Below are positions 40,101-47,694 of a DNA stretch of 64,000 bases, piece after piece. The first letter of the stretch is position 1, and every line of letters starts with the position of its first letter. The notes below the pieces were generated by a model that saw only the letters and a list, made by a program, of their open reading frames with translations, had not been told where the DNA came from and ran no database searches. A program made the translations under genes and the position numbers. The stretch is from a virus, in the IMG/VR virus record IMGVR_UViG_3300034101_003479, positions 21,871-85,870 of that record; one strand, written 5' to 3'.

Positions 40101-40452
40101 ATTGTACTTGCTGTTTTGCTAAATCTCTTATTAGTCCGCCATTTGTTTTAACATGTTGGCTGTATGTTTGGAAAAATTTTCCAAGTTTTAATTGACCTCT
40201 GTCTAGCTGATTTCCAAATTTATCAACATCAGAAGTTAAGCTTACAAAATGGGTAGAGAATTGACCAGTGCTTCTCATTGTTTCAGCAAATGATCTATTC
40301 ATTACAGCAACTTGTGCTGCTAATGTTTTGTTAGTAGTTTGAAGCTTTTCTTGTAGGCCAGTTAATGCTGAAGATACCTTATTAAGATCTGTAATAAGAT
40401 TTGAAAAATCAGATTTAGCAACTATATTGGTTACTATTTGTTCTTCAGCCAT
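34192..40452 (-). CDS. tape measure protein
   Basis: 2086 aa, Ala-rich helical, TP901-type core (GRQLTVGLTVPL..., GINASEGANALKS), GPGTGTSDSIP motifs. Confidence 0.92.
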   Translation of the reverse strand: MAEEQIVTNIVAKSDFSNLITDLNKVSSALTGLQEKLQTTNKTLAAQVAVMNRSFAETMRSTGQFSTHFVSLTSDVDKFGNQLDRGQLKLGKFFQTYSQHVKTNGGLIRDLAKQQVQLQNSILQPLGRNAEGLMQYNVHIPRGLDLVKNKTAIAKQELMIMNKVIQEGANQLINWGKNTQWAGRQLTVGLTVPLAAFGKAAADAFKEADQQLVRLTKVYGGLSAVSTQELGKVRKDVSDTAADLARSYGSSFSETIALAADIAATGKQGNELLGSIRETTRLAVLGEVDRQDAMKATLAIQTAFKQNTEELSQSINFLNAVENQTSTTLNDLVEAIPKAGPIVKGLGGDVKDLALYLTAMREGGINASEGANALKSGLASLINPTKVAKGMFEGFGISLTDIVQRNAGDTTATILDLQSALETLNPLQKQQALEQLFGKFQFARMNALFENLGKQGSQTLQVMDLMKASSEELTDLAGRELAQVTESASGKYKRAVEGLKADLAGIGEQFLKINTTLIQFVNGILNFVQSLPNPIKQALGFLGMITAAAGPLIMLTGVLGNFFGYIIKGASHFRALFKGGEGWKLLTPEILAAQKAGNLVEQTFYSDAKAASVLKQSIATLAAEFANLEQKAMSAAISVNPVVSSGGTIVMDAAGRGVNSSHPLIGAQGTRAAAHHNPRSLMTQGQRDSQTIHSFTPAPIPLNQKIGAVPQVFMDGDLPRIEGLTTSKGVSTGIVAGEAAKWHALMGTLSMMSKKEVADLKKEIARTGTFSAEINSTFGQLLPAMTKLTSNAASQSAAIVAELQAGKLTVDAARTKIIAINAELERMMGQTTTQVATSLGRTANLTQVPLVDQPIVSSTGKSNIKEIFRPKRAASGIIDKIARGLGVRTWGGGYSTETTMPKKFAAGGKIYGPGTGTSDSIPIMASAGEFIVNAKATRENLPLLAAINGGMGNQDGNYAEGGFLPATMLWQGSKMNAILAHPDQAGRRKSLNLDTPLTTGNTIPGKMFADDFRQMRRSGVHPGGILYEIGSQLGYSSKDLQFAINPMEKEIRETLMKSGNITPKQYDQIVSKIMHRHLQRVTRMSAAKGRRVSLTEEIGSLGFKRNAKNKGVLKGSVRNIGFDGQKVAQPFVSTGGGIPADSMAGKHFERMQELYPEDQRKATPAFGRGKTFKSIFGAERGHVGASLPFGGMPYNTAARGIHPDKYSINAHGRKTFLNMPLQKLAKGWANPRYVAPDPRSIALRQKWMRGYKNGGMIPGGPAPRKYAMGGMVGQMVGGTAGWMGGQALGSMVGGDIGGMIGGIAGSMAVPAMMMRTGKSADESIPKLDRFKNAIKAVTLLPGPVKLLGAVLAVGAAVKTVNDKINEHRKIINLAFGPTEESAQRLGIKYNSLTEQMKDFADQTKLTKAKIEEFYAATQNSGVAGLNLTIKQLSELKETVRKDFPDYVKMFDKASPKEVIIKAQQLKAQFVAGGMSAEEATKKIYAMVSVSNKANLAVQAIANEGFASIKDKSTAAIQSVKVFNALLKEGNTDQLAISFDTVITSLQEAEKALVGTKNAQGQLVTSGEAFDETLKSISGTRLGNLQLEKQGVEALSKQNAIMGLIVNEADTVAGAYAKMKLYLSGIDIDLKSMNSEMAGLAAKAVNLATQNLIGGKFKGISDEIKRLTEAGTSQKAIKTQQNVQKDLDAQIKKHQKIIDQIKEQADAKVEALNRQNDAEDYNLQIQKLQIQYQEKLASGDMAGAAQSQIDIKLLNSSRQKDLAVEAIRDKEEADVKAQELIIEGLQKKIEGSQKAVEKATAAADASLKKAADLQITLNNLVSTTLNAANGDVNYKEVANLQTQLRKLGFTKEANAIGGVGPNIPFKDGLRPGSFGIEGIGKSAFADVINQNKELKTNDAALLKFFTKTKFNPGQDIKLNTSTSYTSRGAIVTKSVSAQEVTAAGFKLTPGTVITIDGKEYKISGNVDRSGQVQVVNKALGGYISGAGTATSDSIPAMLSNGEYVINADSVKKYGVQTFNAFNNKKYAMGGPVTRMPYADGGLATSGGSMYNINVTLNGSNLDANDVARAIHREMKMREIASGRSRTV

Positions 40453-40462
40453 TAACTATATT

Positions 40463-40831
40463 CTACTCCTTTGAGTATCCTAAACCAGCTCCAATACCAA
40501 ATCCTTGCTGTGCTGCAAGTGGGCCTTGTAAAGAAACAACATCGTCTGCTGATGCGTTTATTCCTAGAGCCCTTCTTTGTATATCTTCGAAGGTAGGACC
40601 TTCTTTTTTTTCTTCTGTGCCTAGATCTACACCCTGTAAAGAAGCTAAAAATTTTCTTTTTTCTTCTTCTGTTTTTTGCATAGACTTAAACGTTTGAATT
40701 AACTCTGGCATTGAAAGGCTTTCTTCTAGTTCTTCGTAATTTTTCCAATTACCTAAAAGAAAAACTTCCCCAAGCAAAGCGGCTAAATCTAGTTCTGGCC
40801 AGCCAGAACCGCTGCCGCTAGAAGGTTTGGG
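40463..40831 (-). CDS. tail assembly chaperone, -1 frameshift extension (gpT-like)
   Basis: this frame stays open upstream of the listed start through the slippery site CCCAAAC. Confidence 0.7.
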   Translation of the reverse strand, partial: PKPSSGSGSGWPELDLAALLGEVFLLGNWKNYEELEESLSMPELIQTFKSMQKTEEEKRKFLASLQGVDLGTEEKKEGPTFEDIQRRALGINASADDVVSLQGPLAAQQGFGIGAGLGYSKE

Positions 40832-41121
40832 TCGTCAAGTTTAATTCCTCCGCAAACATCAAGAATGCGGTTAATTGTTGGCATGTCTAAAGCATCTTCT
40901 AATGCATCTTTATCTGCTACCAAGTCTGGCAACTGTGACTGTATTGCAATTCCGCATGCGTTAATTAGAATTGTTAATGTTTCGTCTTCATTTTCTGCTG
41001 ACTGTGTCTTTTGAATTTCTGCCATGAATAAGCGTAGCGCCTTAATGCTTAATGGCTTAAGCTTAACCTTTGAACCATTTTGTAGTTCAATTTCTTCTAC
41101 ATTGTATACTGTTGTAGCCAA
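40789..41121 (-). CDS. tail assembly chaperone (gpG-like)
   Basis: 110 aa between major tail and tape measure genes; AGGAGG RBS. Confidence 0.8.
   Translation of the reverse strand: MATTVYNVEEIELQNGSKVKLKPLSIKALRLFMAEIQKTQSAENEDETLTILINACGIAIQSQLPDLVADKDALEDALDMPTINRILDVCGGIKLDDPNLLAAAVLAGQN
40825..40831 (-). promoter_or_regulatory. programmed -1 ribosomal frameshift site C CCA AAC
   Basis: X XXY YYZ heptamer (GAC CCA AAC) near the end of gpG; the -1 frame is open into the next ORF and has a TGA just 5' of the site. Confidence 0.75.
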
Positions 41122-41180
41122 TTTATCCTCCTAGGATCGTCTTAATTATTATAACATATAGATATTATCACTACAAATGA

Positions 41181-41205
41181 AAAGCCCCCATTTCTGGGGG
41201 CCTTT
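41181..41205 (-). terminator. rho-independent terminator after the major tail gene
   Basis: GGCCCCCA-GAAA-TGGGGGCT followed by TTTCATTT. Confidence 0.8.
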
Positions 41206-41223
41206 CTAATTTAATAAATTAAA

Positions 41224-41934
41224 TTATGCTGTCCATGTACGGTCAATGATCTTACCGTATTCTGAACCGCTGTAAGATGCGTCTGGGAGCAGACGGAATG
41301 TTACAGGGAATGTTGTTGCTGTTGTACGAGCCAAAGAGAACTGTGACTGTTGAACAGAAAGAACACGACGTGCATAGTATACACGCTCTGAATTTGGTGA
41401 GCTTGTGGTTGGAGCTTGTCCAACTGCAATTAATTGACGCTCTGTTGGAGCTTCACCTAGTGCTCCACCTGCTAGACCAAGAACTCCTGAATCTAGTGTT
41501 GCCTTCTTCTGTCCAAATACAACTAGAGTATTTTCTAGTGTACCTTCTGACATTTCTGTTGCAATCATAACTTCCATTGCAGACTTGAACAGCTTAGCTG
41601 TATCAAGTAGCTGATCTACAGTTACTGAGTCGTATGTTGGGTTATAAGTGATCTGAAGACCGTTATTTGTAAAACCTACGTTACGATAAGCTGCTGCAGT
41701 CTCTCCACCATCTGCTGTGTCGAGTGAGTTTAATGTTGTTGTGTATGATGCTGATGCGGAATATGCTGGGACCTTTGTAGATGGTTTTGTTGAACCAGCT
41801 ACTGCAGTTCCTGTTTTAGCGATTCCTGGCTCCATGTTTGCTGCGTATCCTGGTACTGTTGAGTCGTCTACTGTAAGAAACAGTGGGGACGCACCAACAA
41901 GAATATTTTTAGCATTACCTTGTACTTGTGCCAT
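41224..41934 (-). CDS. major tail protein
   Basis: NILVGA...RNVGFTNNGLQITYNP...TVDQLLD...FPVTFRLLP; AGGAGG RBS. Confidence 0.8.
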   Translation of the reverse strand: MAQVQGNAKNILVGASPLFLTVDDSTVPGYAANMEPGIAKTGTAVAGSTKPSTKVPAYSASASYTTTLNSLDTADGGETAAAYRNVGFTNNGLQITYNPTYDSVTVDQLLDTAKLFKSAMEVMIATEMSEGTLENTLVVFGQKKATLDSGVLGLAGGALGEAPTERQLIAVGQAPTTSSPNSERVYYARRVLSVQQSQFSLARTTATTFPVTFRLLPDASYSGSEYGKIIDRTWTA

Positions 41935-42044
41935 GTGTTTACTACCTCCTGTGTTTTAAACTATATATATATATTTTAATACCAAAGCTGGCTAGGCTTC
42001 TTTCCTCTTATCCAATGATACGGGATATTGGGCTATAAAGCAAT

Positions 42045-42557
42045 CTAAACGAATCTGCCGTTTTGGTCTGTTATTCTTGAATACTTAACCTCTAGCGTAA
42101 TATCAGAGGACAGGAATCCCTGTATTTCTTGAGAAGGCTCAGTTGGCGATATGTCTGCTATATATATACTGTGGAATTTAAATTTGTCGCTTATTGCCCC
42201 TGATCTATTAACGTCTTTGGCAGAATCGTCCATTCTTCTAAATAGGTCAGTCATTACGTTTCTAATTTCTACTATTTCTGAGACATCTGTAGAGTAAACT
42301 GTAAATAAAATTTGTTCGCAGCATATTAGCCAATTGTCCTCATACGATAGCCCTACCTTGTCGTAAACAATATGCTTTTTACCGCTTAAAAAATGATTCA
42401 TTTCCGCAGATTGCTGAACTGGGATTATGGGTATTATGGTCTGACCTAAGTTATCGCTGTAGTATTCATCCTCATCAAAAATATTATATTCCACAAGATT
42501 TTCCCAAAGGTACTTTCTAATTTCAAACATAGCGTCTAATTTATAATTTGCTGTCAT
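42045..42557 (-). CDS. tail terminator-like protein
   Basis: size and position upstream of the major tail gene. Confidence 0.5.
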   Translation of the reverse strand: MTANYKLDAMFEIRKYLWENLVEYNIFDEDEYYSDNLGQTIIPIIPVQQSAEMNHFLSGKKHIVYDKVGLSYEDNWLICCEQILFTVYSTDVSEIVEIRNVMTDLFRRMDDSAKDVNRSGAISDKFKFHSIYIADISPTEPSQEIQGFLSSDITLEVKYSRITDQNGRFV

Positions 42558-43342
42558 ACCATTGACCCTCCAAATGAAGATTCTACTGCTGCGTCCGCCA
42601 TGCCTCTAATTGAATTAGGTGAAAAAGAATATTGTACTCTTTTAATTGAAGATGGTATCATCAAAGCCTTTGTGAGTTCTGAATTAAATAGTCTCTGAAA
42701 GCCAGATTTTTTAATTGAGTTATTAACCAAATTTCCACTAAAGAATCTGGAATAATATAATCTAAATTGATTTTTTACACTAGGTCCTCCAGGCCTTCTA
42801 ACGGTCACTGTAGCCCCTTTGGGCATGAAGACTGTCATACCATTGGATTCGAACACAAGTCTCTCAGAATGGCGTGGAGCAATTACTAGAGGCATTCCAG
42901 CTTCCATCACAGAAGCCTTATTGATAAATACATGTTTTCTTCTACTTGCTGGTGCTGGGACAAATGATTTAGATGGCTGTAAGTCGTAGTCTATTTTAAA
43001 AGAAATTCCGTCACCATCAATTGATCTTAATTTAAAAAGTCTAGCTGACTTATTGCCAGCTTTTTTCCACTCATAGACGTGATGAAGAGACTTTGGCTTT
43101 GACCTAGCCTGTGAGTCTATATGGTCTCCAAAATCTTTATTTATCTGAGTAAAGATTGTTTGCTTAAATGCTTTTTTAAACTTCTTGCTTTTATTAAATT
43201 TAGCAATGACATTTGCCTCGTAATATAAGGCTGCAGATATCTGTGCGACGTTGCTATCTTTAATTGCAGCATTTTGAGACTGCCCTACCATTAATCTTTC
43301 TAGGCCAGATGCTGCTTGTAATAAAGCTACGCTAGAGTCCAA
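42554..43342 (-). CDS. neck / head-tail joining protein
   Basis: basic protein with LHHVYEW motif; position. Confidence 0.5.
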   Translation of the reverse strand: MDSSVALLQAASGLERLMVGQSQNAAIKDSNVAQISAALYYEANVIAKFNKSKKFKKAFKQTIFTQINKDFGDHIDSQARSKPKSLHHVYEWKKAGNKSARLFKLRSIDGDGISFKIDYDLQPSKSFVPAPASRRKHVFINKASVMEAGMPLVIAPRHSERLVFESNGMTVFMPKGATVTVRRPGGPSVKNQFRLYYSRFFSGNLVNNSIKKSGFQRLFNSELTKALMIPSSIKRVQYSFSPNSIRGMADAAVESSFGGSMV

Positions 43343-43760
43343 TTTGCTGGTTCTCCGATCTCTTTACCGCAGAGTTGTATCCTATTATATTTCCAAATGG
43401 GTCTGTAATTGGGGTGGTTCCTATTATCTCAAAAACAGTTGGAGTCTCTGTAGGGAAATTAATTTCTGTCCAGATAACGTTATTCTTGCTATCTCTAATA
43501 TTTGTAATTTTTTCTCTTGAGGTTATACGTTCTGCTGTTCTTATTTGTATGTTTTGCTCATTAACATATCTGTTATTAAATGTTTGATTGTCGCTTGATC
43601 TAATTGTGGAAGAGTTTGTTATCATTCCCTTTGCATGGCAATCTACTGTTTTATAGTAATTCCATTCTTTTACTATTGCACCAGTATTTGGGTCTTGATT
43701 ATCCGTTTGCCTATAAACGTCCATTTTCATAGACAATATTGAGTCTATGAGGGAATACAC
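43332..43760 (-). CDS. head closure (stopper) protein
   Basis: 142 aa, beta-rich; position. Confidence 0.55.
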   Translation of the reverse strand: MYSLIDSILSMKMDVYRQTDNQDPNTGAIVKEWNYYKTVDCHAKGMITNSSTIRSSDNQTFNNRYVNEQNIQIRTAERITSREKITNIRDSKNNVIWTEINFPTETPTVFEIIGTTPITDPFGNIIGYNSAVKRSENQQIGL

Positions 43761-44747
43761 TTATATCACAACCATTTGATTTAAAACATATGGAGATAGC
43801 AGCTTGTCCGCATAGGCGCAGCCAGTACCGCTATTTATATTTGAGGTATACTCAAACTTCCAGTCAAAAGTAGATATAGATTTCATATATTGATCTTTCC
43901 ATATTCTATCTTTATCAAAAAAATGTCCCATTAGTTGTATACACGCCTGCTCAACTTCATCTGGAACCTCGCTCCAACCAAATCTTCCCTGAACACGGTA
44001 TGCGTAATCTTTTATGAATGATCCGCCACCAATATCATTAATGCTTGGTGGCACCATTCCGTTGGCAGAGTAAACGCTGTTATCTAATTCATCTGCTCTA
44101 TTTACTCTTAGCCCGAATCCAGTTTCAGATATACGCACTGACCTACCCCAATTGTTTATTTCTTGGGTATTGTCAAGAAGCATTATGTCATTTACATAAA
44201 GCTCATGAAGGGTATTTAATTTATAAGGCAGTGGCAAAACATCAGAGCCTGACCCATAAATTGTATGTACGTCATCATATAAGCTAAACTTTTGTCCAGT
44301 AAAATCATCAATTATCTTTCTTGCATATTTTTCTGCCATGACTAGCTCATGATATGTTTTATAGTTTGGGTCAGATGGGTCTGTTCCAAAATTTAAATCT
44401 TCTATTGCTTCCGCTAATGAGCAATATGGCTGAACAATATCCACAGTAGAAAAATGTTGCTGTGCGCTACCGTTAATGTTATATCCCCATCTAATCTTTA
44501 GATTTTTCAATCTTGATGTTTGATGGTATGGGATGTTTATCTTATATGACCCGTTATCAGTTTCTATTTTTATAGCCTCTGAGGAAAATATGGGAGTTTC
44601 TGGATTTACAGGAACCTCCAGTGCAGGATCTTCTGTTATGTCATAAACGGTTGCCATTACAAGGTCTCCGTCTGCATTAATGACTTCTCCGCCGTATATA
44701 ATTTTAGTAGATACTGACGAGTTTGTATTTATGTGGATCTCTGCCAT
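43761..44747 (-). CDS. head-tail adaptor protein
   Basis: YCSLAE...ARKIIDDFTG...GWSEVPDEVEQACIQL. Confidence 0.7.
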   Translation of the reverse strand: MAEIHINTNSSVSTKIIYGGEVINADGDLVMATVYDITEDPALEVPVNPETPIFSSEAIKIETDNGSYKINIPYHQTSRLKNLKIRWGYNINGSAQQHFSTVDIVQPYCSLAEAIEDLNFGTDPSDPNYKTYHELVMAEKYARKIIDDFTGQKFSLYDDVHTIYGSGSDVLPLPYKLNTLHELYVNDIMLLDNTQEINNWGRSVRISETGFGLRVNRADELDNSVYSANGMVPPSINDIGGGSFIKDYAYRVQGRFGWSEVPDEVEQACIQLMGHFFDKDRIWKDQYMKSISTFDWKFEYTSNINSGTGCAYADKLLSPYVLNQMVVI

Positions 44748-44761
44748 ATTAAAGGTTTAAA

Positions 44762-45157
44762 TTAGTTATAGAAGTCTTGTGCTTCCTTTGGTGTGGCTAA
44801 TCTAAAACCTTCCTCCTTATCAAAAATTTCTTGTGCTGCTTCTTCTGACATTGCTACAAATGGATGCTGGTCTGTGAATGTAAATCCCATTGTATCGTAT
44901 CTAAAATTTGCTCTTGTCATTCTAACTAAAACCAAATCTTTGTCTTGAGCTTTCTTGGGATCAAATTTTGGTAAAACTTCAATTTCTTCTTTTGCATCGT
45001 CTACGTCTTTTATTGTCTTAGAATAAACTGACCAGCTTACCCCTTCTTCTGACAGTGCTGCAATTATATCTGTCTTACTCTTTAGGCTATTTATATCTAC
45101 GCCAAAGTCTTCGGCGATCTTCTTAATCTCAGCTAATTTTAATGTCTCAAATGACAT
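44762..45157 (-). CDS. capsid-associated protein with Rho-N/HeH-like N-terminus
   Basis: LKLAEIKKIAEDFGV...KSKTDIIAAL. Confidence 0.55.
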   Translation of the reverse strand: MSFETLKLAEIKKIAEDFGVDINSLKSKTDIIAALSEEGVSWSVYSKTIKDVDDAKEEIEVLPKFDPKKAQDKDLVLVRMTRANFRYDTMGFTFTDQHPFVAMSEEAAQEIFDKEEGFRLATPKEAQDFYN

Positions 45158-45209
45158 ATATTCTCCTTAGTCTAGGTTGTTTAATTATATCATTACTAAA
45201 TTCAAATGA

Positions 45210-45240
45210 AAAGCCCCCAAAATTAATTGGGGGCCTTTTG
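45210..45240 (-). terminator. rho-independent terminator after the capsid gene
   Basis: GGCCCCCAA-TTAATT-TTGGGGGCT followed by TTTCATTT. Confidence 0.8.
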
Positions 45241-45255
45241 TTGGTTAATTCTTAA

Positions 45256-46308
45256 TTAAGAAGCAACCTTAACGTTCTTTACAACTACCCAAGCGTCTGC
45301 CTGCTCAATTTGAACGCCAACACGAGTATACATTGTGTACTCGATTGAGTCCTTCTTTGGCCAGAAGAATCGGTAAACTGTTACGTCACGCTTGATACCA
45401 ATAACTACGTTATTTGGGAATGTCAAGTGCACGTCACCGTGTGATCCTGATGCTGCTGAGTATGAGCCATTCTGTGTCTCTGAAAGTAGAGGAACTTCAA
45501 CGATTGGAATACCGAATGCGTATGGCGCAACGTATCCTGCTGGACCTGAAACAGGTGCAACTTCTCCACGGATGATGCCTGAAGCAATATCCTGTGGGTT
45601 GACGTTCTGAATGTTTTGTGATGTTGAGTATAAGTAATCCTGAATCAGGTTTGATCCTGCTAGGAAGCGAAGGTCTGTACGGCGTTGCTTGTACTTACGT
45701 GGGAGTGCCTTCAATGCGCTGTTAAATACAGCACGAGAAATTGCAGCTCCGCCAGCGTCAACTACGTGAGCGTTTGCCTTAGCCTTCTTTACTACACCAT
45801 CAAATGCCTTGTAAAGCTGATCTGATGATAGTGATGTATCTCCGTTTAGGACTACATCTTCAATGTCGTTACCTGCCTGTGTTGCCATCAAGCGGGCAAT
45901 GTGATCTTCTAGATCTGCACCCTCAATATTGTCTTCTAGAGACTCTGTTGATAGTTCCCAATCTAGACGTAGCTTCTTTGTTGTCAAAGAAATCTTTGAG
46001 AATGTCACTGCAGCGTTTGCGCTGTTAGTGTTATCTCCTTCTGTCGCAAGCTTCATAAGCTTTTCGCCTACGCCCATGCGATCAATTTCAGTTGTATCAG
46101 ACTTCATTCTTACTGTACGTGCGACTTTACCAATTACGGTTGCGTCGAACATATAATCTAGAAAGCGGGCTGATTGTTCTGGGTTAAGAAGACCACCGTT
46201 GCCATTTTCAGACGCAGTGTGAATGCCTTCTCCACCAGTTGCTGATGCGAAAGTACCTGTAACTGTTGTATCAGCAGCTACGGCCTTTTCTAATAATTCA
46301 TTGCTCAT
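45256..46308 (-). CDS. major capsid protein (HK97 fold)
   Basis: GGLLNPEQSARF, ELSTESLEDNIEG, NGDT; follows the protease/scaffold gene and is followed by a terminator. Confidence 0.9.
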   Translation of the reverse strand: MSNELLEKAVAADTTVTGTFASATGGEGIHTASENGNGGLLNPEQSARFLDYMFDATVIGKVARTVRMKSDTTEIDRMGVGEKLMKLATEGDNTNSANAAVTFSKISLTTKKLRLDWELSTESLEDNIEGADLEDHIARLMATQAGNDIEDVVLNGDTSLSSDQLYKAFDGVVKKAKANAHVVDAGGAAISRAVFNSALKALPRKYKQRRTDLRFLAGSNLIQDYLYSTSQNIQNVNPQDIASGIIRGEVAPVSGPAGYVAPYAFGIPIVEVPLLSETQNGSYSAASGSHGDVHLTFPNNVVIGIKRDVTVYRFFWPKKDSIEYTMYTRVGVQIEQADAWVVVKNVKVAS

Positions 46309-46328
46309 TATATTATTTCACCTACCCT

Positions 46329-47639
46329 TTACTTAAATAGTTCGTTTACGGAACCGAGGAAAGAACCGTTCCATTTTGATTTTTGTACTACTACATCCTG
46401 TGACCCGCCAAGGTCTGAGGACTTCTTGATTGCAGTCTCTGATTCTACTGCGTCGACACGCTTTTCTACAGTATCAATCGTGTTCTTGATATTCTCAACT
46501 GTCTTGCTGAGTTCTGTGTGTTTGTCTGCCAACTCTGAGATTTGCGCTTCTACGCTCTTGCTAAAAGATTCAACTGTTTCTTTAATAGTTGAAACCTGTG
46601 CAGCATTTACTTCTGAAGCCTTGCTTAGAGTATCTGAGAAAAAGCCTTTTAAGTCACCTAACATTTTTGCAAAATCAGGTTCATCAACAACGACCTCTGA
46701 GACGTCTGATGCTTTTTCAACGGTTTCGGCAGAAGCATCTGCTACTACATTTTTTGTAACAGTCTCTTCAACCACTACATCTTCTGCAGGAGTTGAAACT
46801 TCTACTGGAGCAGTCTCTTCGACTACTGCTGTTTCTATGTTTTCTGACACTTCATTACCTCCTTCTGCGTTTGCCTGTTTTGCAATTGTTTGTATTTCAG
46901 GCAACGTAAATCTTGACTTCTTGAATGAAGCAAGAATCTTTTCTATTTCTTTTGCTTTGTTTATGTCTTTACTTTCTACCCATCCAATTAAAACAGCTGG
47001 CTTACCAGTTGCTGGAGAGTCGTAAGATTGTTCTGTTGACATAAAAACAGAGTCGCTTTCCTCACAGTAAAATATATTTTCTGTTACGGTTTCCGCAGCT
47101 ATTCCTTTAAACATTAATTGTCCATTCATTTTTTGAATAGACAAGATGTTGCAAAGTTCATTTGCTGGGGAGTCTACGACTGACAATTCCATGAGTGCGT
47201 ACTGCTTAATAAAACGGACTGGCTGTCCTGTTGATTTGTTTACTTCATTTTCTGAATCAATAATTTTTCCGCCAATTGAAAATCCAGTTAATGTTCCATC
47301 TAAAACTTTTTCCCAAGTATCTTGTGCGCCCTTTGAGATGTATGCGTCTACATAAACTCCATTGTAGAACTCTCCGCTTTTTGCATCGTAGTATGTCTCT
47401 GGCTTAAAAGAAACCATTTTGCCAACTGCATTTGATCCGTGCATCTCACGTATGTTGCCACGGAAATTTTCAAATGCTCCAAGACTTGCTTCTGCTGTTA
47501 CTACATCGCCTGTTTGATCAACATTGTCTAGTGTAGCAAAGCCTGAAACAGTTCTTTTCTCACGGTTAACTTTTGTAAAAGGAACCGATAGACTTATATC
47601 GTCGCCATGACTGGACCACAAAGATTTTTCAATATTCAT
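46329..47639 (-). CDS. prohead protease with C-terminal scaffold region
   Basis: VSGFAT, DQTGD, IREMH, GFSIGG, ELSVVDSPAN; acidic coiled-coil tail. Confidence 0.9.
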   Translation of the reverse strand: MNIEKSLWSSHGDDISLSVPFTKVNREKRTVSGFATLDNVDQTGDVVTAEASLGAFENFRGNIREMHGSNAVGKMVSFKPETYYDAKSGEFYNGVYVDAYISKGAQDTWEKVLDGTLTGFSIGGKIIDSENEVNKSTGQPVRFIKQYALMELSVVDSPANELCNILSIQKMNGQLMFKGIAAETVTENIFYCEESDSVFMSTEQSYDSPATGKPAVLIGWVESKDINKAKEIEKILASFKKSRFTLPEIQTIAKQANAEGGNEVSENIETAVVEETAPVEVSTPAEDVVVEETVTKNVVADASAETVEKASDVSEVVVDEPDFAKMLGDLKGFFSDTLSKASEVNAAQVSTIKETVESFSKSVEAQISELADKHTELSKTVENIKNTIDTVEKRVDAVESETAIKKSSDLGGSQDVVVQKSKWNGSFLGSVNELFK

Positions 47640-47646
47640 ATGCTCA

Positions 47647-47675
47647 ATTTTATCTTTGTATTCCTAAAAATGCAA
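47647..47675 (-). promoter_or_regulatory. promoter TTGCAT-17 nt-TAAAAT (near-leaderless)
   Basis: -10 box ends 7 nt before the protease ATG. Confidence 0.55.
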
Positions 47676-47694
47676 ATAACTAGTTGCCTAATAA

